A DNA stretch of 64,000 bases from IMG/VR virus record IMGVR_UViG_3300025470_000019, positions 15,102-79,101 of that record, one strand, 5' to 3'. This stretch comes from a virus (Duplodnaviria; Caudoviricetes). The stretch's first letter is position 1, and each line of letters begins with the position of its first letter. This document shows positions 54,473-64,000 of the stretch, piece after piece. The notes below the pieces were generated by a model. It made no database searches and had not been told where the DNA came from. It worked only from the letters and a program-made list of their open reading frames with translations. The translations under genes were made by a program, and so were the position numbers.

Positions 54473-57400
54473 TGTCAAAGTCAACATATGTTAGCGCAAA
54501 TATCACTCCAACGTACGATACGTTCGCTGGGTGGCTAACAAAAACGAACCAGATTATTTTCGATATGGGCACTTATGTCCTTACCACTAGTAACACGGTT
54601 GATGCTGACGTAACTACAGGTAATGCCTTTGTTAATGGCCAGTTTGGTTCAAACACTGTCTTTGTTGGATCTGCCCTTCGTGGTGGTAATAATACAACCT
54701 CAGCTAACCTTTCTATTACTTCTGGTCTTATCCTTACTGGCGCTACTCTTAATGTTTCTTCAAATGCTCTATTCACTGGCAACACCTTTGGTATCACTAG
54801 CTCTGCTCTGACGGTTTCGGCTAACGCTGGTTTTTCTGGTGCTCAGACTTATTTCAGCTCAAACACTAACTTCCTTGCAGCTAACGTAACTCTTGGCGGC
54901 GGTTCGTTTACCATCACTTCAAATATTGTTTCTTCTGCAGCAAACAATAACTTCGCTGGTTATTTCTATATCGCGAACAACTTCGCTGCTACAGGAAATA
55001 TCAATGGCGCTTATGTTATTGGTGGCACAGTTATTGCCAATACGGCAGCAAATATTGGTAATACTACAGCGAATGTTGTAGTCACTTCTTCTTCTGTCAC
55101 GGTTCAGAATGCGACAGCTACTTCTACTGTTGGTCTTTCAGGCGTAACGTTTACTAACCCTAGCGCCCAAGTATTGTTTGGGAATACAACAGCAAACTCT
55201 GTTGCTAATGCTACTGTATTTTCTGTTGCTAATGCTACAGCATATACTAACGTAGGATTGGCTTCTATCACAACTTCTGCTGGCACTCTAAATGTCGGCA
55301 ATACGGCAGCAAACTCTGTCGTTAACTCAACGATTGTTACAGTCGCTAACTCAACAGCTTATACCAATGTCAGCTTGTCTGCGATTGCTTCTACTAACGC
55401 AGCATTGAATCTTGGTAATACAGCTGCTAATCTTGTTGCAACCCAAACATCGGTATATCTGTCAGTAAACTCAACTGCCAACTCTCTGGTCAATTCAACC
55501 AGCGTTTCGGTTGCAAACTCTACGGCATATACTAACGTTGGTCTGGCTGCTATTACGACGACTTCTGGTCAGCTGTTCTTAGGCAATAGCTCAACAAACA
55601 CTGTTGCAAACACTACAACTTTAGTAATACAATCTGCCCCAGCAATTGGCCAATTCCAAGCTAACTCAACCGCATACAGTGTCGGTAACTCAACAGTTAA
55701 CGTTTCGACTAACTCGACTCACTTCTTTGCTGGTAACTCAACTTCATATGGATTTGGTAACTCGACTGTTGAAGCTGTTGTGACTGCCAATACCACAGCA
55801 AATATCAGCGTCTATACTATCAACTCAACTTCGGCGAATGTTGGTAACACGACAGTTTATGGTTTTGGTAACTCGACTGTTGAATTGCTTTATACGACAA
55901 CTTCTCAGACTGCTGTTACTGCTACAAATATCGGTATCGGCAATACGACAGCTAATGCTTCGTTTAGTGCGACTGGTTCTCAATACAGCAATACTACAGC
56001 ATACACTGCGGTCAATCTTTCAACTGGATTTACTACAACTGCTGGTACATTGAATGTTGGTAATACTGCTGCTAATATTGTTGCTAACACGACAGTTCTA
56101 ACTGTAGCAGCCAATACGACAGATAAGCTGTTTGTCAATAGCACTACTTTCTTTACTGGTAATGCTACTGTATTCAATACCGTTAACTCAACAGCGTTTT
56201 CTGGCACAGCAAATAACTCAACGAACTTCGGCGGAATTTCTCTTGCAACTATTCAAGGGCAAATTACTGGCAATGCTGCAACTGCTTATACCAATGCTGT
56301 TGCCAACGCTGTTGCGATTGGTTCGGCAGCTTATGCTAATGCTGTTGCTAATACCACTTACCAGTCAGGCGTCGCCTATACAAACGCTATCGCTATTGCT
56401 AATTCTTCTGTGGCTAACGGCTACTGGGTTGCTGCAAATGCGCTTTATGCCAACAATGCTGGTGGTGTAGGTGGTATTGTTGTAAACGCGACATCTCCTT
56501 CAGACGGTTATATTCTTGCGTATGATGTTACAACTACTAAAATCATTTTCAAGAACCCATCCAATATCTCAACAGCTCTAAACTCTAATACGATTGTTGC
56601 TAATTCCCAGCTACAGGCTGGCTCAAATGGCGTTGGTTATGTTCTGAATGCTTATTCTAACTCGACCAGCTCTAACTTGGTCATGCGAGCAAACAATATT
56701 ACTCTGACTGTTGATTCAGGTTCAGTTTCTATCAATAGCTCTGCCAATATCAACGGCAATATGACTATTGGTGTGATCAATGCTACTTCGGTTGGATTGC
56801 TGGCAAATAGCACTGTCCTGACAATTGGTAATAATAGCGTTAATACTACTATCAATGCAACTTCATTCTCAGGTACGGCTGCAAACGCTACTGCTCTAGG
56901 CAGCGTAACTCTTGCAACTCTACAAAGCCAGATTACTAGCAACGCAGCTACTGCATATTCTAATGCTGTCGCCAATGCCGCAGCTCTATATCAAACGACT
57001 GCTGGTCTAGCAGCCAACGTTCTAGTTCTGACTGCCAATGCTGCCAATTATCTTGGCAACTCTTCAGGAACAATTGCTAACGTTGCTTCATGGATTACAG
57101 GCAACGCTACTTCTGCTGCTGCGACTGCATACTCAAACGCAGTAGCAAATGCCGCAGCTCTGTATCAGACGACTGCTGGTCTATCGGCTAACGTAGCAAC
57201 TCTGACTGCATTGAATTCCACTCAGCTTGGTGGAGCTGCTGCTTCGGTTTATGTCAATACATCAGCCGCATTTACTCTTGGTGGTGTCCAAACCTTCAAC
57301 TCAAACGTTGTTCTTGCTGGTAATGCCACTTCGCAGCTGGTAATTTCGACTATTAATGCTACCTCAAATGGTATTACGGCTAATGGCTCAACGATTACTG

Positions 57401-59232
57401 TCGGTAATAGTTCGGTAAGCGTAACCATCAATCCTACTACATTTAGTGGAACAGCTGCCAACGCAACTCTGTTTGCTGGTCAAACTCTTGGAACAATTCA
57501 AAGCCAAATCACTGGTAACGCTGCAACTGCTTATTCAAATGCAGTTGCAAATGCTGCTGCTCTTTATCAGACAACAGCAGGTCTGGCGGCAAACGTTCTG
57601 GTTCTTCCTGCAAACTCTGCCACTTATCTTGGCAACTCGTCAGGCACAATCGCTAACGTCGCTTCATGGATTAGTGGTAACGCTGCTACTGCGTTCTCGA
57701 ATGCCATCGCTAATGCTGCGTCCAATGCTGCATCGCTTTATCTGCCTCTGGCTGGTGGTACCATTTCCGGTGCACTCACTGTTACTGGTAACCTGACAAT
57801 TGCTGGTGCGACCACTTTTGTCAACACCTCGGTTATCACTACAACAGATAAGACAATTTATCTGACGCATGGTTCAAGTGGCGCTGCTGCTTCGGATGGA
57901 TCAGGTCTGGTCGTTAACAGCGCAGCGACTTGGTTGTTTAATAATGCCAATACTTCTTGGCAGTCAAATGTCAGCATTACTCCTACCTCAAATCTTGCAT
58001 TGAATCTTGGTAGTGGCACTTCTTACTGGCAGAACGTTTATGCAAATACCGTTAACCTGACTGGTGGCGCAACTCTGAACGCTACTTCTTATAGCGGCAC
58101 GGCTGCAAATGCTACTGCTCTAGGTAGCACTACTCTTGCTACGATACAGAGTCAGATTACAGGCAATGCCGCTACTGCATATTCTAATGCTATTGCTGTG
58201 GCAGCAACTTATGTTACAACTAATGCTGCTGCTGCTTATGCTAACGCTGTGGCTAATGCCGCTGCGCTTTATCAAACAACTGCTGGGTTGTCAGCTAACG
58301 TTCTGACATTGACTGCTGGATTCCTGGGTAACTCTTCAGGAACTATTGCTAACGTAGCTTCATGGGTCACTGGTAATGCTGCAACAGCTTATTCTAACGC
58401 TGTTGCGAATACAACTTATCAAGCTGGTGTAGCATATACAAATGCTACTGCCTTTGCTGCTAATGCTAGCAACCTAGGAAACGGAACAGTTCCTACTGCA
58501 AGACTTGGTTCGGGCACAGCTAACTCAACCACTGTTCTATATGGTAACAATGTTTGGGCTGCTATTGTTGGTGGTGCGACTCTTACCGCAAATAATACAG
58601 ACACTCAGACGTTCTATCTGCCAATGGCAAATACGACATCTGGCGCATGGGCGAACGCTGTAGTTTCTACGACGAAACTTTCGTTTGTTCCATCTACTGG
58701 CGTTTTAACAGCAACTTCGTTCACTGGCGCTGGTACTGGTCTAACAGGAACTGCTGCATCTCTGACCGCTGGTTCTGCTTCGGCGTTAGGAACATCGACT
58801 GGCTATCAGGTTGGTTCCCTCGGCGTCGGGACTGCATCTTCTGGTACTGCTGGTGAAATTCGTGCAACAAACAATATTACTGCATATTACTCAGATAAAC
58901 GTCTAAAAGAAAATATCATACCAATTTCTGATGCTCTAAGTAAAGTTATGCAAATTTCTGGTGTCACGTTTAATTCTAATGAAACTGCTGCTAAATTTGG
59001 ATATACAGATAAGAAATCGCAAGTTGGTGTTGTTGCTCAAGAAATTGAAGCCGTTCTTCCGCAAATTGTTGTTCCTGCTCCATTCGATATTGGTCAGGAT
59101 GATGATGGAAATGAGTATTCAATCAGTGGCGAAAACTACAAGACTGTTCATTACGATAAGCTAGTTCCTCTTTTGATTGAAGCTATTAAGCAGCTCAAGT
59201 CTGAATTGGATGAAGTTAAGGGTAGAAAATAA
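54472..59232 (+). CDS. Long tail fibre with C-terminal S74 intramolecular chaperone
   Basis: A/N/T-rich repeats; GEIRATNNITAYYSDKRLKENI...LVPLLIEAIK.L. Confidence 0.85.
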   Translation: MSKSTYVSANITPTYDTFAGWLTKTNQIIFDMGTYVLTTSNTVDADVTTGNAFVNGQFGSNTVFVGSALRGGNNTTSANLSITSGLILTGATLNVSSNALFTGNTFGITSSALTVSANAGFSGAQTYFSSNTNFLAANVTLGGGSFTITSNIVSSAANNNFAGYFYIANNFAATGNINGAYVIGGTVIANTAANIGNTTANVVVTSSSVTVQNATATSTVGLSGVTFTNPSAQVLFGNTTANSVANATVFSVANATAYTNVGLASITTSAGTLNVGNTAANSVVNSTIVTVANSTAYTNVSLSAIASTNAALNLGNTAANLVATQTSVYLSVNSTANSLVNSTSVSVANSTAYTNVGLAAITTTSGQLFLGNSSTNTVANTTTLVIQSAPAIGQFQANSTAYSVGNSTVNVSTNSTHFFAGNSTSYGFGNSTVEAVVTANTTANISVYTINSTSANVGNTTVYGFGNSTVELLYTTTSQTAVTATNIGIGNTTANASFSATGSQYSNTTAYTAVNLSTGFTTTAGTLNVGNTAANIVANTTVLTVAANTTDKLFVNSTTFFTGNATVFNTVNSTAFSGTANNSTNFGGISLATIQGQITGNAATAYTNAVANAVAIGSAAYANAVANTTYQSGVAYTNAIAIANSSVANGYWVAANALYANNAGGVGGIVVNATSPSDGYILAYDVTTTKIIFKNPSNISTALNSNTIVANSQLQAGSNGVGYVLNAYSNSTSSNLVMRANNITLTVDSGSVSINSSANINGNMTIGVINATSVGLLANSTVLTIGNNSVNTTINATSFSGTAANATALGSVTLATLQSQITSNAATAYSNAVANAAALYQTTAGLAANVLVLTANAANYLGNSSGTIANVASWITGNATSAAATAYSNAVANAAALYQTTAGLSANVATLTALNSTQLGGAAASVYVNTSAAFTLGGVQTFNSNVVLAGNATSQLVISTINATSNGITANGSTITVGNSSVSVTINPTTFSGTAANATLFAGQTLGTIQSQITGNAATAYSNAVANAAALYQTTAGLAANVLVLPANSATYLGNSSGTIANVASWISGNAATAFSNAIANAASNAASLYLPLAGGTISGALTVTGNLTIAGATTFVNTSVITTTDKTIYLTHGSSGAAASDGSGLVVNSAATWLFNNANTSWQSNVSITPTSNLALNLGSGTSYWQNVYANTVNLTGGATLNATSYSGTAANATALGSTTLATIQSQITGNAATAYSNAIAVAATYVTTNAAAAYANAVANAAALYQTTAGLSANVLTLTAGFLGNSSGTIANVASWVTGNAATAYSNAVANTTYQAGVAYTNATAFAANASNLGNGTVPTARLGSGTANSTTVLYGNNVWAAIVGGATLTANNTDTQTFYLPMANTTSGAWANAVVSTTKLSFVPSTGVLTATSFTGAGTGLTGTAASLTAGSASALGTSTGYQVGSLGVGTASSGTAGEIRATNNITAYYSDKRLKENIIPISDALSKVMQISGVTFNSNETAAKFGYTDKKSQVGVVAQEIEAVLPQIVVPAPFDIGQDDDGNEYSISGENYKTVHYDKLVPLLIEAIKQLKSELDEVKGRK
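56870..58460 (+). repeat. Imperfect internal repeats in the tail fibre
   Basis: GNAATAYSNAVANAAALYQTTAGL and LGNSSGTIANVASW recur several times; boundaries approximate. Confidence 0.75.
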
Positions 59233-60776
59233 TGTCACTACCAGCAAATAGTACTGCGATAACAATTCAAAATATTAATTTTGAGTTAGGAGCATCCAAC
59301 ACTCAACCAAGATCCCTTAATGATCAGAGTGTGCGATTGATCACCGCAGGAACAGGTAAAACCATTAATACAACTTCTGCTGGTAATATTTCTTTTAATG
59401 ATCTTTCAACAGGGTATATTCCTGAATATAATTTGACAGCACTCTCAAATGGTAGTATTGCCGCAGCTGCGGTAGATAGTAATGGCTCTATAGGACTTCT
59501 TACAGTGCCCACTGGAACCAACACTCCAGTATTATCCAGGCATTATCCTTCTGGACAAAGAGCATTTAATGGATATCAATTAGCCTTTGGTGGATCAAAT
59601 GGCGTAAGTAATGCGACCGCAGTAAGTTATTATCCTGGAACAATTAGATTTGATTCATATAATAATATGTATTATTTGTATTCTTTAACATATACTGCAA
59701 AATATACATATTCATATTTCCAAGTTCTTAAAATAGATAGCTCTGGGACTTTTGCTTGGTCTAGTAATGTGCTCTCCACAATAGCAGTCTTGGTATTGTT
59801 CACCGGTCCACCAGTAGTTACAACTATGGGTGTTGATACTGCAGGAAAAGTATACTTTTATTCATCTGGCAAAAATGGTAGCAATAATGTCGTTAATATA
59901 CTTGACGGAACCACAGGAGCTCTTTCTTCCAATATATCTCACAATTTTTCGGGGTTGGGGATAACTCAAGTTGGTCTTGCAAATTATGTCAACAGTCCTG
60001 ACTCAGCTTATGTTTATGCTGTAGGGACTATGGCAAATTCTACTAATACTTATCCGCTTATTGCTAGTATTAACACCACAAGCGGAAATGCTATATGGGG
60101 ATCCGTGCTAGCGAACGCTAGTTTTATAGTTACGACAAATCCTTCTTCCGTGTATTCTAATGGATCTATTGTTGTTCCTGCCGGCGCTGGTGCAAATGTC
60201 GCATTATTTAAATTATCTACAAGTGGAGCTCTTGATACCACAAACTGGCCAAAAACTATTACATACAGTAACACTACATCAGGAATACTAGGAACAGCAT
60301 TTTCAGCTATAGATAATTCAGATAATTTTTATTTTGGGTTTCAGTCGGGTAATACGTCAGGTATTAACAGAGTGCACACTGTTGTTGTTTCTTTAGACAG
60401 TACAGGAGCAAAAAGGTGGGAACGATCGTTTTATGCAGCAAACACAACAACCAGTGGTGGATTCAATAGCATGACTGTTTCTGGTAATAAAATATTAATA
60501 TCGATGAGTGCAGGGAACACTGCAGGTAGCGTTCCGACTATTCTTGTTGTTTCTAATTCTGCTGGACCCAAAACTGGAACATTTACGAGTAGTAATGGTT
60601 ATGCATCATATATTATATCCACTACTACAGAAGTAACAATAACAAATAGCGTTTCTGGAGTAACCGCCTCACAGAGTTTGACTCCCTTGGCGTCAACAGG
60701 TGTAAATGCCACTTATTATAATTATATAACCACTTCGGCGAATAATTACGCTAACCACACCATATCTAATATGTAA
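59232..60776 (+). CDS. Tail-fibre-associated / receptor-binding protein
   Basis: MSLP....I....IN.ELG......SLN...VR N-terminus typical downstream of S74 fibres. Confidence 0.6.
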   Translation: MSLPANSTAITIQNINFELGASNTQPRSLNDQSVRLITAGTGKTINTTSAGNISFNDLSTGYIPEYNLTALSNGSIAAAAVDSNGSIGLLTVPTGTNTPVLSRHYPSGQRAFNGYQLAFGGSNGVSNATAVSYYPGTIRFDSYNNMYYLYSLTYTAKYTYSYFQVLKIDSSGTFAWSSNVLSTIAVLVLFTGPPVVTTMGVDTAGKVYFYSSGKNGSNNVVNILDGTTGALSSNISHNFSGLGITQVGLANYVNSPDSAYVYAVGTMANSTNTYPLIASINTTSGNAIWGSVLANASFIVTTNPSSVYSNGSIVVPAGAGANVALFKLSTSGALDTTNWPKTITYSNTTSGILGTAFSAIDNSDNFYFGFQSGNTSGINRVHTVVVSLDSTGAKRWERSFYAANTTTSGGFNSMTVSGNKILISMSAGNTAGSVPTILVVSNSAGPKTGTFTSSNGYASYIISTTTEVTITNSVSGVTASQSLTPLASTGVNATYYNYITTSANNYANHTISNM

Positions 60777-60786
60777 AGGATAAATT

Positions 60787-60933
60787 ATGGAAAATTTAGA
60801 AACAGTTGATTTGGGAACGAATCCTACATTAGAATCTCATCCCGACCCAATCGTTGTGGTTCTGAATAATGCGGAAAATACCTCGGCGGCTGGTGCAGAA
60901 GTAGAAGTATATAATAACCCAAGAGAATTATAA
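60787..60933 (+). CDS. Small acidic protein (48 aa)
   Basis: AAGGA RBS; coupled to the next gene. Confidence 0.5.
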   Translation: MENLETVDLGTNPTLESHPDPIVVVLNNAENTSAAGAEVEVYNNPREL

Positions 60934-61409
60934 TGAAAATCAAATCGCTTTTTTATAAACCATTTTTGTATTCTAGATGCACAGTAGCTGATGGTGAGAC
61001 TGTCACATTCAACGAAAACGAAATAAAAGACAGTATGGGCGTAGCTCATGTAAAGGGCGAATTGACATGTATTGACTGCGATGTTCCTGAGTATATCGGC
61101 ACAATTCATTCCGTTGCAATTAATGGTAATGAGATTTTACAAACTACTAAAATGAAGGGTCAGACTTGGGTTGCAAACGGCGAAACCGAATGGGTCTGTT
61201 TTCAAACAACTCCAGATATTAGAGCAACAAGAAATCTTGTAACACAAACTGTTTCTGGAGAATACACACTACCATCAGGCACAGGATTTCTTGTATTATC
61301 TGGATCAGTTACGGCTGATGGAATGACCGCAAACCAAGATGATTATTTCAGAGCAAGAAACGCAGATCTTCTTGTATCTGGCAATGGAGTTATTATCCTT
61401 GTTACTTAA
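60933..61409 (+). CDS. Hypothetical protein
   Basis: ORF in late operon; beta-rich C-terminus. Confidence 0.6.
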   Translation: MKIKSLFYKPFLYSRCTVADGETVTFNENEIKDSMGVAHVKGELTCIDCDVPEYIGTIHSVAINGNEILQTTKMKGQTWVANGETEWVCFQTTPDIRATRNLVTQTVSGEYTLPSGTGFLVLSGSVTADGMTANQDDYFRARNADLLVSGNGVIILVT

Positions 61410-62115
61410 AAATTTTGACAAAAGATACATTCTAACGTCTTTTCAGCTTTTTGGCACTCCTATTGCTATTTGGGCAGCTCTTACGTACGGAACTGCCCAG
61501 TTATTGGCTTTTTCTTTATTGATGTTCTTTCTATACAAATGCGTCGGCGTTGTTGTCACGTATCATAGAATATTGTGTCACAGAGCTGGAAAAATGAACC
61601 CTGTGATTCAATTTATTTGCACGGCTTTTGGATTTTACGGTAGCTTTCTTTCGCCAATGACTTGGTCGGGCGTACACATCAATCACCACAAATATGTCGA
61701 CACAGATAAAGATCCTCATAGTCCAACACATATTGGGTGGAAAGGTTGGTTTAGTGTTTTTTGGGTAGACAGCGTTGATCTTAAAGTTATGGCAAGAATC
61801 AAAAGAGACAAAATCAGCAACTTCTTTCATGAATATTATTATTCATTGTTGTTGATTCCTGTGGTCGGCTTAATTTTATTCCCTATCCCGTTTCTGTTTG
61901 GCTGGCTTATTCCTGCGAATCTAAGTCTTTGGTCACATCATTTAAGCGTCTATAATCACGACGAAACTGGCGCTAAAGAAATGGGTAAACTATTTGGGTT
62001 CTTGACAATGGGCGAGCACCACCACAAGTGGCATCATGATCATCCTAACGATACTTCGGGCGAAGGATGGATCCACTATATCACCAAAGCACTAACATAT
62101 GCAGATTCAAGATAA
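61384..62115 (+). CDS. Membrane fatty-acid desaturase (Delta9/DesC-like)
   Basis: His boxes YHRILCHR, HINHH..D...DPH, GEHHHKWHH; TM helices. Confidence 0.85.
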   Translation: MELLSLLLKNFDKRYILTSFQLFGTPIAIWAALTYGTAQLLAFSLLMFFLYKCVGVVVTYHRILCHRAGKMNPVIQFICTAFGFYGSFLSPMTWSGVHINHHKYVDTDKDPHSPTHIGWKGWFSVFWVDSVDLKVMARIKRDKISNFFHEYYYSLLLIPVVGLILFPIPFLFGWLIPANLSLWSHHLSVYNHDETGAKEMGKLFGFLTMGEHHHKWHHDHPNDTSGEGWIHYITKALTYADSR

Positions 62116-62551
62116 TTTTCTAACCGATCAGGAGCTAAAAGACTTTCAAGAGCTAATCAAAACCAACCAATATATGGTTAGCCCATATGAAGAATTTGAT
62201 ATTGTTTCTAGAAAGATTATGAACTTCGCAAAACAATTCTATGATTTCTCAGAAATGCATAGCTGCGAAATGTGGGTTAACTATAATCAAGTATCTCAGA
62301 TATTACATACAGATCATGATATGAAACATTTTGTTTTGACGAGAGAAGAGAAATATCCAATCTGCACAATTGTATTTTATCCCGAAACAACATGCACTGC
62401 TGATGGATGGCTAGAGGTTCAAGGGCAAATTGTGCGACCAGTTACGAACAGGATCGTTTGTTTTGGACCAGCAATTCCTCATATTGTTAGACCTTTTACC
62501 GGAACTCGTATTTCTGTTGTGTATAATCCTTGGGAGTACGACATTAGATAA
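62099..62551 (+). CDS. 2OG-Fe(II) oxygenase
   Basis: DNFL, H.D, G.L, P..NR.V.F....PH.V.P..G.R.S.V. Confidence 0.75.
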   Translation: MQIQDNFLTDQELKDFQELIKTNQYMVSPYEEFDIVSRKIMNFAKQFYDFSEMHSCEMWVNYNQVSQILHTDHDMKHFVLTREEKYPICTIVFYPETTCTADGWLEVQGQIVRPVTNRIVCFGPAIPHIVRPFTGTRISVVYNPWEYDIR

Positions 62552-62578
62552 ATATTGTTTTATTGATAGGAACATCAA

Positions 62579-62941
62579 GTGCACACTTTTAGAGAATTCG
62601 TAGAGCAACTGAACCAGAACACCGTAAAAGGTGTGCTGGATTTATTTGTGCCATTCGTGAAAAAAGAACTTGGTGTTCACGATCTGCCTCCGATCAAAAT
62701 GGTTTCTGGCAAAGAATCACAAGAGATGAAATCATTCGGTTGTTGGGATGGCGAAACGATTACTTTGAATCCTGACGGTCGTCATCCTATGGATGTCATG
62801 AGAACATTGGCCCATGAAATTATTCATGCTACTCATGGACACACTAACGGCGAAGATGGCAGCGATGATGAAAATGAAGCCAACGCTAAGGCTGGCGTGA
62901 TTATGCGTAGATTTGCCAAGGCTCATCCAGACCTGTTTTAA
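62579..62941 (+). CDS. HExxH metallopeptidase-like protein
   Basis: RHPMDVMRTLAHEIIH...ENEANAKAG. Confidence 0.65.
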   Translation: MHTFREFVEQLNQNTVKGVLDLFVPFVKKELGVHDLPPIKMVSGKESQEMKSFGCWDGETITLNPDGRHPMDVMRTLAHEIIHATHGHTNGEDGSDDENEANAKAGVIMRRFAKAHPDLF

Positions 62942-62969
62942 TAAATAGAATAAATTACTGGAGGATGAC

Positions 62970-63296
62970 ATGGCAGTCAGAGCAAACATCGTTTTAGACC
63001 AAAGAACTACATTCACCACAGCCATCGATCTAAATGATGCTAACGGCAATCCAATCGACCTCTCTTCATATAGTATTCTGGCACAGGTAAGAAAGTCACC
63101 AACATCAACAAATGCAGTTAGCTTTACCGCAACAGGAAATTCCTCTGGAATCATTCTTCTTTCGATGAATGCTGCCACAACTTCGACTCTTTCTGCAGGT
63201 AGATACGTATATGATGTTCTAGTAACCGATGTTCTTGGTCAAGCTACTCGAGTCGTAGAAGGTCAAGTCACAGTAAGCCCAGCGGTGTCTAGATGA
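62970..63296 (+). CDS. Tail/baseplate adaptor-like protein
   Basis: ANI..DQ..TF...I.L.D..G.PIDL..Y...AQVRK, GRYVYDV, RVVEG.V.V.P.V. Confidence 0.65.
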   Translation: MAVRANIVLDQRTTFTTAIDLNDANGNPIDLSSYSILAQVRKSPTSTNAVSFTATGNSSGIILLSMNAATTSTLSAGRYVYDVLVTDVLGQATRVVEGQVTVSPAVSR

Positions 63297-63571
63297 CTAT
63301 AACAAACTCTGGCGTATTGTTCAATAATGCAAATGGCTCGATCATAGTCACTTTACCCAACAACAGCGTCATAACTGCAAATACTTCAGCTCTGACTAAT
63401 ACTACTCCAAAGGTATTGGCTAATCTTGTTGTTCTTGCAGGAAAGTCTAAGTTCTCACAGCTTGAAGACGTAAACACAGCAGGAGAAACCACAGGCGATA
63501 CTGTGGTGTATAACCAGACAACCAATACCTACAACGTCCAGACCTTTTCTTTGGATTCTGGAGAATTTTAA
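63293..63571 (+). CDS. Small tail-associated protein
   Basis: L.DV.......G..VVY......Y....LD.GEF. Confidence 0.6.
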   Translation: MTITNSGVLFNNANGSIIVTLPNNSVITANTSALTNTTPKVLANLVVLAGKSKFSQLEDVNTAGETTGDTVVYNQTTNTYNVQTFSLDSGEF

Positions 63572-63646
63572 AACTAAATATAAAGTTGATATTGGTGGCT
63601 ATATAGCTGCGTGAATCCTGAATAGATATTCGACACGGAGAGCCAT

Positions 63647-64000
63647 ATGGCTGGTAATACTCACCAATATCAGATGAAGCGCACCTCCGTAGCAGGTCGA
63701 CTTGCTAATACAACAGACCCAGCAAATACTTCATACATCCCTGCTGGTGGCCTCGCAGTAAACTTTGCAGACAGATTAGTATATACGTCAGACGGATCAA
63801 ATCTATTTGTCATTGGTGGCGGAGATGCTAATAATGCAAATTATCTCGGCGGAGCTTCTCTAGCCAATATTCAAAGTCAGATCGCAGGCAATTCAGCCAC
63901 CGCATATTCTAATGCTGTAGCTAATGCTGCCTATCAAGCAGGTGTTGCTTACTCTAATGCTATAGCCGTCGCAGCCGCTGACGCTACGTCCAAAGCTGCT
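63647..64000 (+). CDS. 5' part of a tail-fibre gene (gp34-like N-terminus), truncated by window edge
   Basis: QMKRTSVAGR.......GGLAVN.AD..VY..DG; reuses the ATAYSNAVANA repeat. Confidence 0.7.
   Translation, partial: MAGNTHQYQMKRTSVAGRLANTTDPANTSYIPAGGLAVNFADRLVYTSDGSNLFVIGGGDANNANYLGGASLANIQSQIAGNSATAYSNAVANAAYQAGVAYSNAIAVAAADATSKAA

Overview
A 64-kb slice of a large T4-like myophage. The host is probably an alphaproteobacterium, judged from a permuted two-piece tmRNA with an ANDN-type tag and a GapR/DUF2312 homolog. Left (1-15.8 kb): heptose-pathway genes (hddA with a homopolymer frameshift, gmhA), small early genes each behind a near-identical sigma70-type promoter (11 copies in the window), tmRNA, four tRNAs (three Gln, one Ser), a SleB-like hydrolase, gp33 and gp32. 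Middle (15.8-37.6 kb): baseplate/tail-initiation genes (tape-measure candidate, gp51, gp26, gp54, gp2, gp4, gp48, gp53, hub, split gp5), an outer-membrane beta-barrel, a cytidylyltransferase, an AdoMetDC-like gene, RNase H and an HD alarmone-hydrolase-like gene. Right (37.7-64 kb): gp25, gp6, gp7, gp8, a split VrlC/DUF4815 protein, tail fibres, a desaturase and a 2OG-Fe(II) oxygenase. There are seven free-standing homing endonuclease genes. The most striking observation is that six of them (five GIY-YIG, one HNH) carry the same ~60-nt structured leader with covarying stems between a late promoter and the start codon. All six are inserted antiparallel to their neighbours, tail-to-tail at a neighbour's 3' end, and their first codons spell an outward-facing late promoter. 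Other leads: a late hairpin sRNA whose loop is complementary to early-gene ribosome-binding sites, a probable -1 frameshift joining gp26 and gp51, a ~90-nt ncRNA under an early promoter, and a split/chimeric tRNA-Gln. All product calls are from motif recognition by eye; no database searches or folding programs were run.
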